Shown in pieces: positions 26,335 to 32,000 of a DNA stretch of 32,000 nt. The notes beneath the pieces were generated by a model that was not told the DNA's origin, did no database searches, and saw only the letters and a list, made by a program, of their open reading frames with translations. This DNA is from Flavobacteriaceae bacterium (lineage in GTDB: Bacteria > Bacteroidota > Bacteroidia > Flavobacteriales > Flavobacteriaceae): the NCBI GenBank assembly GCA_965224465.1, contig OZ245049.1, positions 1,050,001 through 1,082,000 on the forward strand. The letters are read 5' to 3'. Position 1 is the first letter of the stretch, and each line of letters opens with the position of its first letter. A program made the translations under genes and the position numbers.

Positions 26335-27470
26335 TGCAAACACCAAGTTTTAAATTAAACACCATAGAGGAAGCCATCGATGATATCAAAAATGGCAAAA
26401 TGATTATCGTAGTAGATGATGAAGACAGAGAAAATGAAGGCGATTTTATAGCCGCCGCTGAATGTGTAACACCTGAGATGATTAATTTTATGGCCAGGCA
26501 TGGTCGCGGATTAATTTGTGCTCCTTTGACCGAGGACAGATGTAAAGAATTGGATCTACCTCCTATGGTTAATAAAAACACCGTATTACATAACACTCAA
26601 TTTACGGTTTCTATTGACTTAATTGGAGAAGGTTGTACCACTGGAATTTCTGCTCAAGATCGTTCAAAGACCATAAAGGCACTCACAAAAGCAAGCACTA
26701 AACCAGATGATTTTGGCAGACCAGGTCATGTTTTCCCTTTAAAAGCCAAAAACGGCGGGGTACTTAGAAGAACTGGACATACAGAAGCATCGATAGATCT
26801 AGCACGATTGGCTGGTTTTCAACCCGCAGGAATTTTAGTAGAGATCTTAAATGAAGATGGAACAATGGCGCGTTTGCCACAGCTAATTAAAGTAGCAGAA
26901 AAATTTAAGTTAAAAATAATTTCTATAGAAGACTTAGTGTCTTATAGAATGAAACACGATTCTTTGATTGATAAAATTGAAGATTTCACCATGCAAACAC
27001 GTTTTGGTGAATTTAGATTACGTGCTTACAAACAAACAACCAACAATCAAGTACATATTGCTTTGACAAAAGGTACATGGAATCCAGATGAAGAAATTTT
27101 AGTCCGTGTAAATTCCGCTTTGATAAACAACGATATTTTACGTCTATTGACAAAAAAACCTGATGATACTTTTTCTAGAATCTTTAAAATGATTAACGAT
27201 GAAGGCAAAGGGGCTGTGGTATTTATCAGCCAAGAATATCAATCATTTAATTTAATCAACCGTTTGTCTCTGCTAAAAGAAAGACAAAAAGAGGATGAAA
27301 CCAAAGTACCTGCAATCAAACCTGACGAAAAAGATTTCGGAATTGGTGCTCAAATTTTACACGACTTAGGTGTTTCTAAATTAAAAGTAATTTCAAATGC
27401 AAAAGTTGAATTGAAAAGAGTGGGTGTGACTGGTTACGGCTTAGAAATAACCGATTACATCAATTATTAA
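26334..27470 (+). CDS. ribB: 3,4-dihydroxy-2-butanone-4-phosphate synthase fused to a degenerate GTP cyclohydrolase II-like domain (RibBA-type)
   Basis: The N-terminal half has intact DHBPS motifs (VVDDEDRENEGDF, GHTEA). The C-terminal half aligns with RibA but lacks the zinc cysteines and the QEGRGIG motif. The start overlaps the upstream stop (TAATG). Confidence 0.85.
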   Translation: MQTPSFKLNTIEEAIDDIKNGKMIIVVDDEDRENEGDFIAAAECVTPEMINFMARHGRGLICAPLTEDRCKELDLPPMVNKNTVLHNTQFTVSIDLIGEGCTTGISAQDRSKTIKALTKASTKPDDFGRPGHVFPLKAKNGGVLRRTGHTEASIDLARLAGFQPAGILVEILNEDGTMARLPQLIKVAEKFKLKIISIEDLVSYRMKHDSLIDKIEDFTMQTRFGEFRLRAYKQTTNNQVHIALTKGTWNPDEEILVRVNSALINNDILRLLTKKPDDTFSRIFKMINDEGKGAVVFISQEYQSFNLINRLSLLKERQKEDETKVPAIKPDEKDFGIGAQILHDLGVSKLKVISNAKVELKRVGVTGYGLEITDYINY

Positions 27471-27490
27471 TCAACCTAACACATAAAAAC

Positions 27491-28201
27491 ATGAATAGCC
27501 AAGTATATTGTTTCTTACTCTGTATTTGGCTATTTTCATGTCAAGATCAACGTAAAACCATCACTGTAGACAAGGTTACTATTCCTCAGGAAAGCTATAA
27601 TTTAATCATTAAAATTAAAGAAATACAAGATGGAAAAGCCTACTTAAATATAGTTTCAGAACAACGATTAAAAAGAATAGATAGTACCACTCTTAAAAAT
27701 GGTCACTTTAGTTTTACTGGACACACAAAAGAAACTTCACTTATCTGGCTTACGTTTGACGCTACCTCACAAGGGATATCACTTATTTTAGAAAACGAAA
27801 ACATTACAGTAACCGGACATATCCTTCATATAAAAAACGCACAAATACAAGGAGGGCCTATCAATACTTTATACAGCGCTTTTAAAAAAGAATCTTCCAT
27901 TTTTTTCTCTAAAATTGACAGACGCTACCAACGGTTTCAAAAAGCACGTCTAGAAAATAATAGCGAGCAACTACATCTTATATACAAAGAAATAAGCGGC
28001 ATTAAAACCGCTTATTTAGATTTCTGCATAACATACATACAAAAACATCCAGACTCTTATATTTCACTTATTGTCCTCAGTGATTTAATAGATGAAAAAT
28101 TAGACAAAAACCAATTACAAAACAGTCTAACCTTATGCAGTAAACGATTGCGTAACTTTTTATTTGCTCAAAAATTAGAACAACGTATCGGTACACTATA
28201 A
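27491..28201 (+). CDS. DUF4369-like lipoprotein lacking a thioredoxin domain (hypothetical)
   Basis: 236 aa with lipobox LFSC. The N-terminal beta domain (GKAYLNIVSEQRLKRIDSTTLKNGHFSFTGHTKE) resembles the DUF4369 module that precedes TlpA-like thioredoxin domains. No CxxC motif is present. Confidence 0.55.
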   Translation: MNSQVYCFLLCIWLFSCQDQRKTITVDKVTIPQESYNLIIKIKEIQDGKAYLNIVSEQRLKRIDSTTLKNGHFSFTGHTKETSLIWLTFDATSQGISLILENENITVTGHILHIKNAQIQGGPINTLYSAFKKESSIFFSKIDRRYQRFQKARLENNSEQLHLIYKEISGIKTAYLDFCITYIQKHPDSYISLIVLSDLIDEKLDKNQLQNSLTLCSKRLRNFLFAQKLEQRIGTL

Positions 28202-28900
28202 GAAACTAAAATCTGTTTCATTATCAAATTCTTTCGCTACTTCTCCTTGCTGGAATAAACGTGCTTTTAGTCCACCTTTTAAAAGGATTTTATCATTTTC
28301 AACCAACAACCAACTCCCCTCTCTCAATCCTAAAACGGGAATATTTTCCACAAAATGGAATTCGTTAATCCTAGTAGCACGCGTTTCTCCCATATGTTTA
28401 GAACTTGGATCTGGATCTAAATAATGTGCATTAATATTAAAAGAAAGTAGTCCTAAAGTTGCAAAACTAGGTGGATAAATAATAGGCATATCGTTTGTGT
28501 TTTGCATGCTAACACCCGTTACCACACTTCCTGCACTTGTCCCTAAATACGGTGTTCCATTGATCACCGCATTTTTTACTGCGGATATTAAATGGTGTTT
28601 ATACAATTGTGATACCAGTAAAAAAGTATTTCCTCCTCCTATAAAAATTCCTTTTGCCTGTAAAACTGCTTCAGACGGATTTTCATATTCATGAATCCCT
28701 TTGATACGAATTCCGATAGCAGAAAAGGCCTCAGAAGCTTTTTGCGTATAAACATCGTGGCTAATACCTCCTGGCCTAGCATAGGGAACAAACAAAATTT
28801 CTGACACACCCTTAAAAAATTCCTTTAACGCAGGCATTGCGTACTCCAAATACGACTTACCATGCACCGTAGATGTACTTGCTATAAAAATGTTTTTCAT
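28196..28900 (-). CDS. pepE: Dipeptidase E (peptidase family S51)
   Basis: FIGGGNTFLL carries the nucleophile-elbow Ser region, and GTSAGS and a His-containing C-terminal half are present. I prefer the Met at 28900 (MKNIFIASTSTVHG) over the track's 28936. Confidence 0.85.
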   Translation of the reverse strand: MKNIFIASTSTVHGKSYLEYAMPALKEFFKGVSEILFVPYARPGGISHDVYTQKASEAFSAIGIRIKGIHEYENPSEAVLQAKGIFIGGGNTFLLVSQLYKHHLISAVKNAVINGTPYLGTSAGSVVTGVSMQNTNDMPIIYPPSFATLGLLSFNINAHYLDPDPSSKHMGETRATRINEFHFVENIPVLGLREGSWLLVENDKILLKGGLKARLFQQGEVAKEFDNETDFSFL

Positions 28901-29016
28901 AAAATCTAATTTAAGACTCAAAAATAAACAATCCAATGGTTTAACAAAAATTTATCACCCTCTTAATATATTTTTATGAACGCTGTATAGTACCTTGCTA
29001 TAAGAAAATCAACAAC

Positions 29017-29769
29017 ATGACAAAATACTACTTAACATTCCTTATTTTAATCACTTTTAATCTTCATAGTCAAGAAAAATCAATAGCCCTAAAAGGAAAA
29101 GTCCTACATGATAACAAAGGAATCCAAAAGGTTACAGTACTCAATATAGACAGTAAAAAGGGAACGATTACTCATGGAAATGGAATATTTGATGTAGCGG
29201 TTAAATTAGGAGATAGCATCCTATTTACTTCTTTAGAGTATAAAAAAAGAGTGATTATAATAAATGAGTATCACATTAAAAACAAAATACTTTATGTGTA
29301 TTTAGAGCCCCAAATAAACGAATTAAACGAAGTGTTTTTAGATAAAAAAATAAGGTTAGACTTTCGCAATTTATACACTTCAAAACACATGGTTATGGAC
29401 AAGGACCTGATGGATTGTACTTCAGCTCCAAATGCAGATAAATTGACAAATCCCAACAAGATCACTCCAGTAGACTTTGTTGAAATCATAAAATTATTTA
29501 CTAAAAAAATTCGCAAACGAAAAAGAGAAAAAAAGGAACTAGTTAAACATGAAGAAAAGGCTAAAATTATTTTCTTAGACAATATCATAGATTTATTCGG
29601 CGAAAATTACTTGCAAGAAAAGTTGAAAATCCCAAAAGAGAAGTCCTATCTTTTTATAGCATATTGTAACGACCGGGGCTTGAGTAGTCTTTACAGAAGC
29701 GAATCCATAGACATCCTCGATTTTTTAATTAAACAACGTGTAACGTTTAATGCTATAAAGCCCGACTAA
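29017..29769 (+). CDS. Carboxypeptidase-regulatory-like domain protein (hypothetical), paralog 1
   Basis: 250 aa with a signal peptide and an N-terminal CarboxypepD_reg-like beta sandwich (LKGKVLHDNKGIQKVTVLNIDSKKGTITHGNGIFDV ... LFTSLEYKK). The C-terminal motif KLKIPKEKSYLFIAYC is shared with the next gene. Confidence 0.6.
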   Translation: MTKYYLTFLILITFNLHSQEKSIALKGKVLHDNKGIQKVTVLNIDSKKGTITHGNGIFDVAVKLGDSILFTSLEYKKRVIIINEYHIKNKILYVYLEPQINELNEVFLDKKIRLDFRNLYTSKHMVMDKDLMDCTSAPNADKLTNPNKITPVDFVEIIKLFTKKIRKRKREKKELVKHEEKAKIIFLDNIIDLFGENYLQEKLKIPKEKSYLFIAYCNDRGLSSLYRSESIDILDFLIKQRVTFNAIKPD

Positions 29770-29770
29770 T

Positions 29771-30562
29771 ATGAAGAAAATGATGTTGTGCTCTCTTTTA
29801 ATTCAAAGCATTTTTGTGAATGCCCAAGAAACTAAAACAAAACTTATAGGAATTGTTTTTTCTAACAGCAAACCATTGCCTAACATTCACATTATCAATC
29901 TCAACTCAAAAATTGGAACCGTCACAAATACAAACGGAGCATTTGAAATGTATGCACATTTAAACGACACCTTGTATATGAGTGCTATCCAATACGAAAA
30001 AGTAAAAATAACCGTGACTAAAATAATGATACACAGTCAAAAAGTTTTTATTACAACAGCCCTTAAAACTTATCAATTAAAGGAAATTATTGTCCGAAAT
30101 CACCATTTGACCAATGATTTATATCACGACATACTTAACAAACCAAAGGACAACATTCCTCAAATGAATGTAAGCCCTGCTGATTTTAAAAACTTAGATT
30201 TTACAGGTGTTGCATTTGAAAAAGATCAAACAAGTAGACAAGGTCCACCATCAATAGAGCATCTTGTAAACCCAATTGGAAGAGCTGCATCAATTGCATC
30301 CATTCCTAATAATCAATTAATTGCTGAACATAAACTTCGAAAAAAACTAAAAAAACAAAAAGATTTTCCTGAAAAAATAACAGCACTATTAGGGGAGAAA
30401 TTTTTTACTGATAAATTACAGATTCCTCCCAACAAGATCTATCATTTCTTGAGTTATTGTGAATACAAAAAAAACACCAACCTTTACGCTCAAAACAATT
30501 TATTGGCAATCATTGAAATTCTACAAGAAGAATCCAAGATATACAATACCTTAAAAAGATAA
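29771..30562 (+). CDS. Carboxypeptidase-regulatory-like domain protein (hypothetical), paralog 2
   Basis: 263 aa with the same architecture (LIGIVFSNSKPLPNIHIINLNSKIGTVTNTNGAFEM ... YMSAIQYEK ... KLQIPPNKIYHFLSYC). It starts 1 nt after the previous stop. Confidence 0.6.
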   Translation: MKKMMLCSLLIQSIFVNAQETKTKLIGIVFSNSKPLPNIHIINLNSKIGTVTNTNGAFEMYAHLNDTLYMSAIQYEKVKITVTKIMIHSQKVFITTALKTYQLKEIIVRNHHLTNDLYHDILNKPKDNIPQMNVSPADFKNLDFTGVAFEKDQTSRQGPPSIEHLVNPIGRAASIASIPNNQLIAEHKLRKKLKKQKDFPEKITALLGEKFFTDKLQIPPNKIYHFLSYCEYKKNTNLYAQNNLLAIIEILQEESKIYNTLKR

Positions 30563-30612
30563 GAGATCATGAGGGATTATAGGAATGATTTTTGTTCATT
30601 AGCCGTTTAATA

Positions 30613-30773
30613 CCAATTACAATCTAAAATAACGGATATAAACAGTTTATTTCACGTTCCAACATTGTTAAAAACAGAATAATAGCTAAGGCTATCCATT
30701 CATTTTTTGACTAGCTAAAACAAAAAATAATTCCATTTCTAAACCGTCACTTGGAAATTAAACTGGTGTAAAA
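30613..30773 (+). repeat. Dispersed intergenic repeat, copy C (161 bp, most diverged)
   Basis: Aligns with copy B and with the reverse complement of copy A. It has ATA in place of the ATG and a 1-nt deletion in the A-run at 30670-30674. It ends 9 nt before the next gene's ATG. Confidence 0.8.
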
Positions 30774-30782
30774 CACCCAATT

Positions 30783-31286
30783 ATGAGAAAACTTTTATTT
30801 AAAATAGGTATAACAATGGCACTACTTCCTTTGTTAGCATTTGGTGTTCACAAGTACTATATCAGTTTAACCCAAATAGAATACGTAAAAGAAAGTGCTT
30901 CCTTACAAATTATAAGTCGTTATTTTATCAACGATTTGGAACACACTTTAGACAAAGATTACCAACAAGATTTTCAACTCAACACAAAACAAGAAATAGA
31001 TAGTGTAGATATATATTTTCAAGAGTACTTGGAAAAAAACCTTCGATTTACTATTAATGATTCCCTTTCAAATTTCAACTATATAGGAAAGGAGTATGAC
31101 GATGATATCATTTATTTCTATTTAGAAATACCAAATATTAAGACATTACAATCCATAGAAATAAAGAACACTGCGCTCTTTAAATATTTTCCTGACCAAC
31201 AGAATATTACCAAATTAAAAATCAACAATACACACACTACTTTTTACCTAAGTAAACAAAAAGATAAAGGTTTGTTAAATTTTTAG
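30783..31286 (+). CDS. DUF6702-like secreted protein (hypothetical)
   Basis: 167 aa with a signal/TM segment followed by HKYYISLTQIEY, the characteristic start of this family. It sits immediately upstream of an M1-type peptidase gene, as is usual in Flavobacteriaceae. The family name is from memory. Confidence 0.55.
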   Translation: MRKLLFKIGITMALLPLLAFGVHKYYISLTQIEYVKESASLQIISRYFINDLEHTLDKDYQQDFQLNTKQEIDSVDIYFQEYLEKNLRFTINDSLSNFNYIGKEYDDDIIYFYLEIPNIKTLQSIEIKNTALFKYFPDQQNITKLKINNTHTTFYLSKQKDKGLLNF

Positions 31287-31346
31287 ATAGATTGTTAAAA
31301 TCATTTTAAAAAAAGTAATTTCGACCTAATATAACTCATTGAATCC

Positions 31347-32000
31347 ATGAAACATCTCGCTACATTACTCCTAGCCATCTTCTGTGTCAGTACGATATCT
31401 GCCCAAGAAATAAAGAATAACAAGGGGCATTATAATACAAGTAAATTCAGACAGTTAAAACAGGAATTACCAACTCCAAATAAACAGCACACGGCATCTG
31501 GAGCTCCAGGATCTGGATATACTCAACAGAAAGTAGATTATGTAATGGATATTACATTAGATGATGCACATCAAAAATTATATGGTTTTGAGAAAATTAC
31601 GTATCATAATAATTCAGGAGACCCACTCACCTACTTATGGGTACAATTAGATCAAAACATTCGGGAGTCTCATACAAGAAATGATGAGATTAGCACACGA
31701 AAAACGAGACCTTTATACAGTCCTAAGCAATTTTCAGATAAATTTTTATCCAAAGGATTTGACGGAGGTTTTAAATTAGAAGAAATAAAAGACAGCAAGG
31801 GAAACGATTTATCCTACAAGATAAACTGGACCATGATGCGTATAGATTTACCAGAGCCAATAGCACCTGGAGGTAGCTTTGAATTTAGTATTAAATGGTG
31901 GTATAACATCAATAACTACTTTATAGACGGCGGAAGATCTGGCTACGAACTCTTTGAGAATGATGGAAATCGATTATTCATTATCGCTCAATTTTTCCCT
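31347..32000 (+). CDS. M1-family metallopeptidase, N-terminal part (gene runs off the right edge)
   Basis: Open frame from the ATG at 31347 to the window end (218 codons): MKHLATLLLAIFCVSTISAQE ... GSGYTQQKVDYVMDITLDDAHQKLYGFEKITYHNNSGDPLTYLWVQLDQN. This has a signal peptide plus the N-terminal beta domain typical of M1 peptidases. The HExxH motif would lie outside the window, so the family call is provisional. Confidence 0.65.
   Translation, partial: MKHLATLLLAIFCVSTISAQEIKNNKGHYNTSKFRQLKQELPTPNKQHTASGAPGSGYTQQKVDYVMDITLDDAHQKLYGFEKITYHNNSGDPLTYLWVQLDQNIRESHTRNDEISTRKTRPLYSPKQFSDKFLSKGFDGGFKLEEIKDSKGNDLSYKINWTMMRIDLPEPIAPGGSFEFSIKWWYNINNYFIDGGRSGYELFENDGNRLFIIAQFFP

Noticed and set aside
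26280-26340. Looked for an FMN riboswitch upstream of the ribB-type gene
   Set aside because: The gene start overlaps the stop of the upstream LptF/G-family gene (TAATG), so there is no leader in which a riboswitch could sit.
1-32000. Whole-window scan for CRISPR arrays, rRNA/tRNA genes, prophage or defence-island gene content
   Set aside because: There are no regularly spaced direct repeats, no rRNA or tRNA signatures, and no nuclease, helicase, methylase or toxin-type gene clusters. Gene content is core housekeeping apart from one IS element.

Overview
AT-rich chromosomal segment that looks like a Flavobacteriia (Bacteroidota) genome. Supporting signs are TAnnTTTG -7 promoter boxes about 20-40 nt upstream of many starts, no Shine-Dalgarno sequences, and typical synteny (ftsK-lolA-lptF/G-ribBA, DUF6702 next to an M1 peptidase, a MoxR/DUF4350/DUF4129/SpoIIM-like/RDD cluster). 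About 35 protein genes are supported, mostly housekeeping: prfC, ung, mutS2-like, ftsK, ribBA, idi, a PTPS/QueD-family enzyme, a 2-Cys peroxiredoxin, tpx, dgkA, pepE and a MATE exporter. There is also a histidine kinase with a stand-alone receiver, a MarR regulator, and several tandem paralogous secreted proteins or lipoproteins. One intact ISL3-family insertion sequence with an 8-bp target duplication lies between the MATE gene and the peroxiredoxin promoter. I saw no rRNA, tRNA or CRISPR array, and I found no recognisable defence or secretion system. The signal least explained by ordinary annotation is a 161-185 bp intergenic repeat present three times (6891-7075 inverted, 16820-16980, 30613-30773). 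Its copies keep a common reading frame and a 28-codon ORF, their differences fall mostly on third codon positions, and their ends are imperfectly inverted. It could be a small-protein-bearing repeat, a MITE derived from a coding element, or a structured RNA. Secondary points are the functionally uncharacterised MoxR-associated membrane cluster, a RibBA whose GTP-cyclohydrolase-II half has lost its catalytic motifs, and a perfect 20-nt palindrome inside the 3' end of the PTPS gene where two convergent genes overlap. All product calls come from reading motifs by eye, and no database search was run.
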